A stretch of DNA of 32,000 nt from Geotalea daltonii FRC-32 (GTDB lineage: Bacteria; Desulfobacterota; Desulfuromonadia; Geobacterales; Geobacteraceae): assembly GCF_000022265.1 (NCBI RefSeq), contig NC_011979.1, positions 1,230,001 through 1,262,000 on the forward strand, read 5' to 3'. The translations under genes and the position numbers were made by a program. Within the stretch, counting starts at the first letter, position 1. Each line of letters begins with the position of its first letter. The notes below the pieces were generated by a model. It made no database searches and had not been told where the DNA came from. It worked only from the letters and a program-made list of their open reading frames with translations. Of the stretch, positions 24,573-32,000 are shown piece after piece.

Positions 24573-25892
24573 TTACAGTTTCACATCCAGTTCATTCTGG
24601 AAAATTTGCTCACGCACCTGCTTTTTCCTGATCAGCACCAGTTCACCGCTGCAGGTTTTCATGACTGCCCCCGGCTTGCGGTGGGAGTTGTAATTTTCCG
24701 GTGACATGCTCTCGGAATAGGCCCCAGTGCCGCCAATGACCACATAGTCGCCGATTTCCGGTTCGATGATCATGACCGGCACGATATTGCCCTCCTTGTC
24801 CAGGCGCACCGAGTCGCCGCTTTCGCAGCAGCGGCCGACGATGCCGAAGGATTTAAGCCCCGCCGTGGGGGTCTGATCATACTCGCTGGAGAGTAAGGTG
24901 CTGTCCTGGCTTACGATGGCAATGGGATGCTCTGAGCCGTACAGGAGCGGGCGGGTCAAGAGTTCCATGCCGCCGTCGACGATGAGGAAATTCATGCCGT
25001 TGGTCAGTTTCTTATCGATGATGCGGGTGACGATATGGCCAGAGTTGGCTACCACATAGGTGCCCGGCTCGATCTCCATCTTCAGTTCCCGGCCGGTGGC
25101 CGCCTTGAATTCCTCAATCCGCTGCTTGGCATAGGCACCCAGGGAGGCGATGTCGGCCTGTTTTTCCCCCGGCATTCTGGCCACCTTCAGCCCGCCGCCA
25201 AAACTTACCGTGGTGGCATCGGGGAAGTAGGTCTTGACGAAGCCCAACTCTCGATCGATGTTCTCCCGCCATTTTTCCGGATCGCCACCGGAACCGATGT
25301 GCACGTGTACCTGGGTAAAGCGCAGCCCCTGCTCGGCGGCCAGGGCCTTGACCTTGGGAACATCGTTCAGATGGACACCGAAGCAGGAATATTCGCTGCC
25401 GGTGTCGCGGGTGGCGCTTTCTCCGCCGCCTGCTGCGCCCGGATGGACCCGGATCGACAGGTCGATAGTGTTGGCTTTGGCAAAGTCGGCAATCAGTTGA
25501 AACTGGGTCATGGAGCAGACGTTGTACTTGAGGCCTGCTTTGATCATCGACTCCAGTTCGGCGCGTTCCTCATCGGCCGGCACCTCCTGGGTGGTCAGCA
25601 TCATCCGGCTATAGGGAATGCCGGCGGCATGGGCACGGGCCGCTTCATCGACCGACGAGCAGTCCAGATCCAGTCCTTTGTTGGTGACGACCCGCAGGAC
25701 GGTGCGATCCGAATTGGCCTTCATGGCGTAGCGCACGTGCAGGCCGTAGGCGTTGGGCATGTTCAGCAGCTGTTCACAGCTGTTTTCGATGTATGCCTGA
25801 TCGTGCAGATATATCGGCGTTCCCCACTGCTGGGCAATTTGGGGGATGAGTGTTGCATCGAGTTTAGTCGGACCAAAGTGTTTCATCGTCAT
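24573..25892 (-). CDS. PLP-dependent Orn/DAP/Arg-decarboxylase-family (alanine-racemase fold) protein, LysA paralogue of uncertain substrate
   Basis: 439 aa with the PLP-Lys motif RYAMKAN, HIGSGG, SFGGGL and CCESGD. GAGGGTG RBS. It is clearly distinct in sequence from the lysA at 11493. Confidence 0.85.
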   Translation of the reverse strand: MTMKHFGPTKLDATLIPQIAQQWGTPIYLHDQAYIENSCEQLLNMPNAYGLHVRYAMKANSDRTVLRVVTNKGLDLDCSSVDEAARAHAAGIPYSRMMLTTQEVPADEERAELESMIKAGLKYNVCSMTQFQLIADFAKANTIDLSIRVHPGAAGGGESATRDTGSEYSCFGVHLNDVPKVKALAAEQGLRFTQVHVHIGSGGDPEKWRENIDRELGFVKTYFPDATTVSFGGGLKVARMPGEKQADIASLGAYAKQRIEEFKAATGRELKMEIEPGTYVVANSGHIVTRIIDKKLTNGMNFLIVDGGMELLTRPLLYGSEHPIAIVSQDSTLLSSEYDQTPTAGLKSFGIVGRCCESGDSVRLDKEGNIVPVMIIEPEIGDYVVIGGTGAYSESMSPENYNSHRKPGAVMKTCSGELVLIRKKQVREQIFQNELDVKL

Positions 25893-26172
25893 TCTTACAC
25901 CCTCATAATTTGATATGACACTGCATTTTAGTCTTTAGACAAAATGAAGAGATGGACATCTCTTTTAACATTTTCGACTGCTATGGTGCAAGATATCTGT
26001 GGAATTTTGTTGCGTAACGGTGGCGTTATGGGGACAGCACATTTATTCCAAAGTGGGCCAGTGCCCCCTTTGCCATTTTAATGCTTGAAATTTTGCGGTT
26101 TAATGAGCGAAAATGCGCAGCAATGAATATCAGTTTCTTCCTTAATGAAACAACCACAGTTCCAATGCCTTT

Positions 26173-26694
26173 ATGATGACCCACGATTCCCCTTTCATCT
26201 ATCGCCCCATCGGCATCCTCCAATCCCCCTATGCACGCCGCATCGACGCACCCCATCAGAGCACAGTGGTGGCAGGCACGAAAACCGGGGATTTCGCCAT
26301 GGCTACCCTGGAACTGCAGCAGTGGCTGGACGAGAAGGTCATTCAGGATCTGAGCGGCTTCGACCGGCTCTGGCTCATCTTCGCCTTTCATCTGAGTGAA
26401 GGCTGGAGAAGCAGTGTCAAACCCCCTCGCGGCGGACCGAAGCGGGGCGTCCTGGCCACCCGCTCCCCCCATCGCCCCAATTCCATCGGCCTGTCGGCTG
26501 TGGAACTGGTAACGATCGAAGGGAGGACACTCCATCTGCGCGGTGTGGATCTCTTGGATGGAACACCCGTTCTGGATATCAAACCCTATGTCCCCTATGC
26601 GGATGCCTTTCCAGACGCCAAAGCCGGTTGGATCGATGAACTGGATGCAACGCTCGGGCGTCATTCTGCGCCGGGGCCCCGAAAGCCCAGGTGA
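26173..26694 (+). CDS. trmO: TsaA/TrmO-family tRNA (m6t6A37) methyltransferase-like protein
   Basis: YRPIGILQSPY..., RSPHRPNSIGLSAVELV and LDGTPVLDIKPYVPY are hallmark TsaA/YaeB (UPF0066) motifs. Confidence 0.82.
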   Translation: MMTHDSPFIYRPIGILQSPYARRIDAPHQSTVVAGTKTGDFAMATLELQQWLDEKVIQDLSGFDRLWLIFAFHLSEGWRSSVKPPRGGPKRGVLATRSPHRPNSIGLSAVELVTIEGRTLHLRGVDLLDGTPVLDIKPYVPYADAFPDAKAGWIDELDATLGRHSAPGPRKPR

Positions 26695-26752
26695 CCGTTT
26701 GATCTGTCGGAAAATAAGGTGGATGTCGCTTCAATGCTGTGGTACATTTTAA

Positions 26753-26773
26753 CTAGCTAGGCTGTCTAGCTAG
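26753..26773. promoter_or_regulatory. Two copies of the 8-bp palindrome CTAGCTAG, a candidate Phd/VapC operator
   Basis: CTAGCTAG at 26753-26760 and at 26766-26773, 13 bp centre-to-centre, ending 15 nt before the antitoxin ATG. Confidence 0.5.
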
Positions 26774-26787
26774 CTAAGGGAGCTCCT

Positions 26788-27069
26788 ATGAAATCTAAAA
26801 AAACGGATCGCTTGCCCCATGACCGTGAATGGCAGCTTCAGGAAGCCAAGAACCGCTTGAGCCAGGTAATTAAACTGGCTCAGCATGATGGTCCGCAGAC
26901 GATTACCCTACGCGGCAAACCTTCTGCTGTCGTCGTATCGTTTGATGAGTATCGCAAGCTGACCGTGCCGCGTACCGGCCTGGCCAAGTTTTTCAAGGAA
27001 TCTCCCCTGCGTGATGTGGAGCTCGATCTCAGCCGCAGTGCCGATATATCCCGCGAGGTGGAGCTGTGA
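26788..27069 (+). CDS. Phd/YefM-type antitoxin
   Basis: WQLQEAKNRLSQVIKLAQHDGPQTITLRGKPSAVVVSFDEYRKL is typical of the Phd/YefM N-terminal fold. GGGAG RBS. There is a 4-nt overlap (GTGA) with the downstream PIN gene. Confidence 0.85.
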   Translation: MKSKKTDRLPHDREWQLQEAKNRLSQVIKLAQHDGPQTITLRGKPSAVVVSFDEYRKLTVPRTGLAKFFKESPLRDVELDLSRSADISREVEL

Positions 27070-27485
27070 AATACCTGCTTGATACTTGTCTGATTTCCGA
27101 GCTGGTGAAAAAAGAGCCGAACCCTGCAGTGGTCAATTGGTTGGACGAGCAGGAAGAGCAATCCCTTTTTCTCAGTGTTCTGAATTTGGGAGAGTTGCAG
27201 AAAGGGATCAGCAAACTCCCCGATGGCTCCAAAAAAGATGAGCTTCAGGCCTGGGTCGCCCTTGACCTGGTGGAAAGGTTCACCGGACGCATCCTGGACA
27301 TTGATCTGGAAACCGCTCTCTGCTGGGGGGAACTCCAGGGAATGGCGGAGCAGAAGGGAGAGAAGTTACCGGTAATGGATTCTCTCATTGCCGCCACCGC
27401 TACGGCCCATGGCTTGGTTGTGGTTACCCGCAATGTGAAGGATATGGAGCGATGTGGCGGAAGGGTTTGCAATCCGTGGGGGTGA
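27066..27485 (+). CDS. vapC: PIN-domain VapC-type toxin
   Basis: MKYLLDTCLISE (first acidic residue), with later D/E residues in the DSLIAATA and VVTRNVKD contexts. 139 aa, coupled to the antitoxin. Confidence 0.88.
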   Translation: MKYLLDTCLISELVKKEPNPAVVNWLDEQEEQSLFLSVLNLGELQKGISKLPDGSKKDELQAWVALDLVERFTGRILDIDLETALCWGELQGMAEQKGEKLPVMDSLIAATATAHGLVVVTRNVKDMERCGGRVCNPWG

Positions 27486-27530
27486 GGTAGGCAGTTTCTA
27501 CTTCACCCCTTGAAAGTAAAGGAGGAAAAG

Positions 27531-27809
27531 ATGTTTGAAGACTTGAAGCCTGAAGAGACGGAACTGGTCGGCATGTGGCTTGACCTTGGTCTAAAGATAA
27601 CCGGCGATGCCATTGCCGACCGGGTGGAATGGCTGGCCGCCAACCGGCTGCAGAAGCTGGCGGAGAAACCGGATGAAGGTGCGGAACTCTACCGCGACCC
27701 TAGGGACAACCGCCTGTGGGAGAAGGTGCTCGCCTTTGCCGGCGGACCGCCGACCTTGCGGGTCATCACCCAGGCCGATGCGGCGACACGATTCGGCTAT
27801 ACTGGATAA
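27531..27809 (+). CDS. Small cytoplasmic protein resembling polymorphic-toxin immunity proteins (Imm27-like?)
   Basis: AAGGAGG RBS before ATG 27531 (the ORF-track TTG 27510 is less likely). The pattern KPEETELVGMW...ELYRDPRDNRLWEKV...GGPPTL matches small immunity proteins as I recall them. The family name is uncertain. Confidence 0.5.
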   Translation: MFEDLKPEETELVGMWLDLGLKITGDAIADRVEWLAANRLQKLAEKPDEGAELYRDPRDNRLWEKVLAFAGGPPTLRVITQADAATRFGYTG

Positions 27810-27836
27810 CCCATGCGGCAAAGAGAGGCTGTGGAC

Positions 27837-28439
27837 ATGGAAAAGAGACACCTCGTGGGATGGATGATTTCCATCGTTTTTGTCCTCATAGCCGGATGTG
27901 CAACGGACCCGGCGCAGCGGCAGGCCGTTTTGCTTCAAGCAGAGCACAAGGCCCAGTACACCAAAGCTCTGCGCAGTATTGAGGGGCATGACGGAGAGTA
28001 TCCGGCCCGGGTCCTGCGCGGCATGGAGCAGCTGAAATCCATGGCAGAGCAAGGCTATGCCCCGGCCCAGTTCAAGCTGGCCTACTATTACTATACCGGC
28101 CCTGCCTCCTACGACTGCTTGAAGCAGGATACAAAGGAGGCCTATTACTGGTTCGGAAAGGCGGCAGAGCAGAACCACCGCGAAGCCCAGTATGAATTCG
28201 CCATGCTCTTCAACCCGAAAAGCGGCCTGAAGCAGTATGCCGATGCTGAAAAGTACGTATACTGGATGCAGAAAGCTGCCGATGCCGGATATGCCAAGGC
28301 CCAGTATGCCCTGGGGAGGATGAACGAAAAGGGAGAGTATGTGCCCCAGGATGTGGCCCTGGCCAAGGAACTGTTTGAGAAGGCAGCGGCACAGGGGGAT
28401 GGGCAGGCGCAGAGGGCGTTGAAGAGGCTTGGGAAGTAA
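27837..28439 (+). CDS. Sel1-like repeat (SLR) lipoprotein
   Basis: Lipobox VLIAGC after MEKRHLVGWMISIVF. There are at least three SLR units: AEQGYAPAQFKLAYYYY, AAEQNHREAQYEFAMLF and AADAGYAKAQYALGRMNEKG...AAAQGDGQAQRAL. An alternative ATG at 27813 lacks an RBS. Confidence 0.85.
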   Translation: MEKRHLVGWMISIVFVLIAGCATDPAQRQAVLLQAEHKAQYTKALRSIEGHDGEYPARVLRGMEQLKSMAEQGYAPAQFKLAYYYYTGPASYDCLKQDTKEAYYWFGKAAEQNHREAQYEFAMLFNPKSGLKQYADAEKYVYWMQKAADAGYAKAQYALGRMNEKGEYVPQDVALAKELFEKAAAQGDGQAQRALKRLGK

Positions 28440-28498
28440 TAGTGGGCGGGCCAGATGGCCGCACTTTCTGCTTTTAATCCTGCAATAAGGTCACTCCA

Positions 28499-28526
28499 GA
28501 AGAGGATCCCCGTGGGGATCCTCTTC
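28499..28526. terminator. Perfect 13-bp-arm palindrome between convergent genes (terminator-like, no U-tract)
   Basis: GAAGAGGATCCCC-GT-GGGGATCCTCTTC (28499-28511 and 28514-28526). Confidence 0.5.
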
Positions 28527-28560
28527 CAGTACCTGATACTGTTGCTATTCCTGCCAGTGA

Positions 28561-30279
28561 TCAGGGCAGAAGCGAATCATACAGTTGCCCATCGTCAATG
28601 CTTATGCCATGTCTATCATGCGGTACTGTCACCGTAACAGCTCCGGTGCAACTCTCGCCAAAGCTATCCGTGGCCTTGAACGTAATGCCGTAGGTCCTGC
28701 CGTTCCCGTTGCCAGCCCGCTCGGCACGAAGCAGTAGTCCGTTCTCTTGTTTATAGGCGTCAAGACTTGTGTCGCCATCTCCGAGTCCGTTGGTCGGTTC
28801 ATCTTGGGTTATATTCAGCAGCTCTATATTTACTTCGTTGTTTTCGGGGTCTTGCAAGCCCGTAATGCCGACCGGCGCCAATTTGTGATTGGGAGGCCAC
28901 AGCACTGAAGGGTCAGCTTTGGCAGTATCGCATGAGGGTGGAGCATTTACATCAAGCACCTTCACCAACACATGGGCGGGGTTACTCTCAACCAGGCCAT
29001 CGTTGACCACCAATTCAAACTTGAGCAATGCTCCGTCGAGACCCACAAAAGGAGCGGTAAAAGACGGGCTCTGTGCATAGGAGTTCGATATTTGAACCGG
29101 TATTCCTTCCAATTGCCTCCAGCTATAGGTAATCAGGTCTCCATCCTGGTCGCTGCTTTTTGATCCATTGAGTACAACAGTGTTGCCCTCGTTGCGCATC
29201 AGAAGGTCGCCTGCATCGGCTAGCGGGGCATGGTTTATATTTTCCACGACTACATCCACCGTATCACTTACTGCTTCAATCCCATCCGAGGCCGACAGCT
29301 GAAAGGTAAGTATAGCACCCTCGACACCCACTGCCGGAGCAACAAACACCGGCTTAGTGGTAGTTGCTCCTGATAGCTCAACCGGGGAACCCGCTATCTG
29401 GGTCCATTGATACGTCAAGACATCTCCATCGGGATCGAAAGTGGCAGAGCCATCCAGCGTCACCTGGCTCCGCTCACCTACGGTCATGATCGGCCCAGCC
29501 TCTGTTTCCGGCAGATGGTTTAAGTTCTTTACATTTATGTTGACGAAATCCGGTTTACTCACCAGGTTTCCGTCATTGACTACAAGCCGAAAGGTCAGGG
29601 TTTCTCCTCCACGTGTAACGAGTGGAGCAGTAAACGTCGGACGAACCGAATCACTAGTATTCAGCGCAACAGGAGTACCACTCACCTGCATCCATTGGAA
29701 GGTCAGGGCATCGCCGTCCGGATCTATAGCCGCCGAGCCATCCAAAGTGACGAGAGAACCTTCAGTGACGGTCTGATCAGCCCCGGCCTCTGCTACCGGC
29801 GGATTATTGACTGGTGGCCTGACGACCGTGATCTGTGAATAAAAAGCACCACTATTGTCATCACACCTGCTGTCATTGAAACCAAGATAGAGCGTTCCTG
29901 CTTGCGTTACAAACACATCCAATGATTCACCGACGAAAAATGGTGCGTTGGTGCCTATTTTGCCGACAAGAGCAGTGGCGCTGAGATAAGGAGCCAAAAA
30001 CGAAGAAGCCATCGACGGTGGCGGTGGAGCGCCATTGCCGTTCGGGCCGTTGCAACCGCCAGGGACCGCACATGATAGCCCAGTGGAAACGATAATCAGG
30101 TGATCCCCCGGCAAGAGCTGCACCCCGCTCGACTGAAAACCGGTGTGCGGGTATCCCGCCAGATACCTATCCGAATATTTCGGATCAACAGTAAATGTTG
30201 TCGTTTCCGCGTTGGCGACAATGCATGCACCAATAAGTACCATCCCTCCTGTTATTGCAAGAACAATCTTTCTAAACAT
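28561..30279 (-). CDS. Secreted 572-aa protein: signal peptide, PA-IL/LecA-like lectin-type N-domain (tentative), three PKD/Ig-like repeats, and a conserved C-terminal WPPNHK...VPHD domain
   Basis: AGGAGGGGG RBS and signal peptide MFRKIVLAITGGMVLIGACIVANA|E. Three ~93-aa repeats share A(E/D)AG...V.LDGS...DPDGD.LTYQW.Q..G.PV...P.F.AP...L.F.L...DG. The C-terminus has WPPNHKL...ITQDEP...RAERAGNGNGRTYGITF...VTVPHD. Confidence 0.85.
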   Translation of the reverse strand: MFRKIVLAITGGMVLIGACIVANAETTTFTVDPKYSDRYLAGYPHTGFQSSGVQLLPGDHLIIVSTGLSCAVPGGCNGPNGNGAPPPPSMASSFLAPYLSATALVGKIGTNAPFFVGESLDVFVTQAGTLYLGFNDSRCDDNSGAFYSQITVVRPPVNNPPVAEAGADQTVTEGSLVTLDGSAAIDPDGDALTFQWMQVSGTPVALNTSDSVRPTFTAPLVTRGGETLTFRLVVNDGNLVSKPDFVNINVKNLNHLPETEAGPIMTVGERSQVTLDGSATFDPDGDVLTYQWTQIAGSPVELSGATTTKPVFVAPAVGVEGAILTFQLSASDGIEAVSDTVDVVVENINHAPLADAGDLLMRNEGNTVVLNGSKSSDQDGDLITYSWRQLEGIPVQISNSYAQSPSFTAPFVGLDGALLKFELVVNDGLVESNPAHVLVKVLDVNAPPSCDTAKADPSVLWPPNHKLAPVGITGLQDPENNEVNIELLNITQDEPTNGLGDGDTSLDAYKQENGLLLRAERAGNGNGRTYGITFKATDSFGESCTGAVTVTVPHDRHGISIDDGQLYDSLLP

Positions 30280-30600
30280 GCCCCCTCCTAAAAATAAAAG
30301 TTGATAATTTTTTAATTTAAAATTAGATTTGTCAAGTAAATAAATTCTTTGACATCACGATTTTAAATGCATACCTTCGCAAGAATCTATGCAGGAATTC
30401 CATGAATTCAAAGGACACCAAACTTAATTCCAAAGGCGATCAAAGGGCCGCCTTTGCAGCTTCTGCACAAAAATTTGCGGGAGGCAGGTCTGCCTTTCTG
30501 CCCCCACCTTTAGATTTTCGGGGGACACGATTTCGGGGGGACACAATACATAATTCAGAAATCTAGGCCAAGACGTTGCACTTAAGTCTCCTTACCTCTT

Positions 30601-31998
30601 TCAATGCCCGCCAAACTTCCCCGAATTCCTTCTTCTTCTCCGCAAAAACTCCGGCAGCTCCAGGGCGTTCAGCACATCCTCCTTTTCCAGCCAGCCCCTG
30701 CGGGCAATGGCTATTCCATAGGGAAGGAAGTCGAAGTTGCTGGTGACATGGGCATCGGTGTTGATGGCCACCGGTACCCCCAGCTCCTTGGCTCGCCGCG
30801 CTTGGCGGTCGTTGATGTCCAGGCGGAGCGGATAGGCGTTGATTTCCAGTGCGGTGCCGGTTTCCGCCGCCACCCGGAGCACCTCGTCCATGTCGATCTC
30901 GTACGCCTCACGTTCCCCCAGTATTCTGCCGGTTGGGTGAGCGATCATGGTCACCCACGGGTTGCGCATGGCGGCCGCCATCCGGGCGGTGATCTGCTCC
31001 CGGGGCTGCTTGAAGGCCGAGTGGATGGAGGCGATGACGAAATCAAGCTCTTTCAGCACCTCATCGGGAAAATCAAGGGAGCCATCGGGCAGGATGTCCA
31101 TCTCCGTGCCGTGCAGCACCCGGAAGTCGCCACTGTTACGGTTGAAGGCGGCGATCTCCTCCCGCTGCTCTATGAGCCGCTCGATGGTCAGACCACGGGT
31201 GACCCCCAGGGACCGGGAGTGATCGGTGAGGGCGATATAGGCAAGCCCCCGCTTTCTGGCTGCTGCGGCCATCTTGTCCAGGGAGTGCATGCCGTCGCTC
31301 CACCGGGAATGGACGTGCAGGTCCCCCCTGATGTCTCCGGCGGTGACCAGCCGGGGCAAGGCATCGGCCAGGGCCGCCTCCACCTCGCCGCCGTCTTCGC
31401 GCAGTTCCGGCGGGATGAAGGGTAGGCCAACCACCCGATAGACGTCCTCCTCTTCTGCCCCGCCGATCCGCGAATCATCTTCGGTCCGAAAGATACCGTA
31501 CTCGTTGATCTTCAGCCCCTGGCGTACCGCCATGTCCCTGAGCCGCACGTTGTGATTCTTCGAACCGGTGAGATAGGCCAGGGCGGCGCCAAAGGAACCC
31601 CGCTCCACCACCCGGAGGTCCACCTGGATTCCGTCCGTGACAAGCACCGATGACCTGGTCGGCCCTTTCAGCAGCAGCCTGGTTACCTGGGGGAGCGTGG
31701 TAAAGGCGATCATCAGTGCCGCCGGGTCAGAGGCGGTGGCGACGATATCGATGTCCTTCACCGTCTCTTTCCAGCGCCTGATGCTGCCGGCCAGCTCGAT
31801 CCGCTCCACGCATCCCTGCTTGCGCAGGCTATCCACCAGGGAGTCAGCCAGCGGCAGCACCCGCCCGAGGGGAAACCGTTCCCGGCCCCTCTTTACCATC
31901 TCGATTCCCTTAAGGATGTTTTCCTCGGTCTTGCTCTGGATCTTGGGGATTGCCCCCGCCAGCCGGTGCTCGGCCGCGGCCCGTTCCAGATCGTCCAT
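30601..31998 (-). CDS. polX: PolX-family DNA polymerase/3'-5' exonuclease, C-terminal ~465 codons (N-terminus beyond the window end)
   Basis: Pol-beta-like palm/thumb region: GSIRRWKETVKDIDIV, GSKNHNVRLR. The PHP domain has DLHVHSRWSDG, ALTDHS and NTDAH. The ORF is open to the window edge. Confidence 0.88.
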   Translation of the reverse strand: MDDLERAAAEHRLAGAIPKIQSKTEENILKGIEMVKRGRERFPLGRVLPLADSLVDSLRKQGCVERIELAGSIRRWKETVKDIDIVATASDPAALMIAFTTLPQVTRLLLKGPTRSSVLVTDGIQVDLRVVERGSFGAALAYLTGSKNHNVRLRDMAVRQGLKINEYGIFRTEDDSRIGGAEEEDVYRVVGLPFIPPELREDGGEVEAALADALPRLVTAGDIRGDLHVHSRWSDGMHSLDKMAAAARKRGLAYIALTDHSRSLGVTRGLTIERLIEQREEIAAFNRNSGDFRVLHGTEMDILPDGSLDFPDEVLKELDFVIASIHSAFKQPREQITARMAAAMRNPWVTMIAHPTGRILGEREAYEIDMDEVLRVAAETGTALEINAYPLRLDINDRQARRAKELGVPVAINTDAHVTSNFDFLPYGIAIARRGWLEKEDVLNALELPEFLRRRRRNSGKFGGH

Positions 31999-32000
31999 TC

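Noticed and set aside
28455-28637. 60-aa ORF across the Sel1/exoprotein intergenic region.
   Set aside because: It spans the 28-bp perfect palindrome and overlaps the 3' end of the 572-aa gene on the other strand. It has no RBS.
28960-29808. The three ~280-bp segments of the exoprotein gene considered as a DNA-level tandem repeat or recent duplication.
   Set aside because: The similarity is evident only at the protein-motif level (PKD/Ig-like domains). The nucleotide sequences are diverged, so this is ordinary domain repetition.

Overview
The gene content and order look like a Geobacter/Desulfuromonadales-type chromosome. This rests on my memory of the G. sulfurreducens alaS...argBDFG-nudix-hyp-argH-lipoprotein-lysA-dapA-dapB-dapL region and cannot be verified here.

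**nt 1-16.6 kb (core).** A co-directional (+) housekeeping array:
- alaS 3' part, a cupin, and a sensor-less REC-histidine kinase
- argB-argD-argF-argG, then a NUDIX gene and an unassigned 382-aa gene, then argH
- a lipoprotein, lysA, dapA and dapB
- an MNT/HEPN toxin-antitoxin pair wedged in before dapL
- three palindromic REP-like elements in the intergenic spacers

**nt 16.6-24.6 kb (mosaic accessory stretch, partly AT-rich).**
- a HigB toxin with a HigA-ImmA (M78 metallopeptidase) fusion. This cassette is bracketed by the real dapL 3' end plus terminator and by a decayed second copy of them.
- an orphan 320-aa XRE-HTH protein
- a DUF3024 gene plus a HUH/Y1 (RAYT-like) transposase fused to a DnaA-C-like domain. 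The pair is flanked by inverted arrays of a 17-bp repeat, and the gene's own 3' end is tandemly re-duplicated.
- two secreted proteins (a small Cys protein and a beta-helix protein)
- a class II Fic protein

**nt 24.6-32 kb.**
- a second DAP-decarboxylase-like gene (-)
- TrmO/TsaA
- Phd/VapC with a palindromic operator
- a small immunity-like protein and a Sel1-repeat lipoprotein
- a 572-aa secreted lectin/PKD-repeat protein (-)
- the 3' part of PolX (-)

I recognised no rRNA, tRNA or CRISPR array.

**Most interesting candidates.**
1. The NUDIX plus divergent nitrilase-superfamily-like pair inside the arg operon.
2. The RAYT-DnaA_C/DUF3024 repeat-flanked unit with its divergent XRE gene.
3. 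The HigB/HigA-ImmA cassette bounded by the dapL 3'-end duplication.

All family assignments come from reading motifs by eye. No database search was possible.
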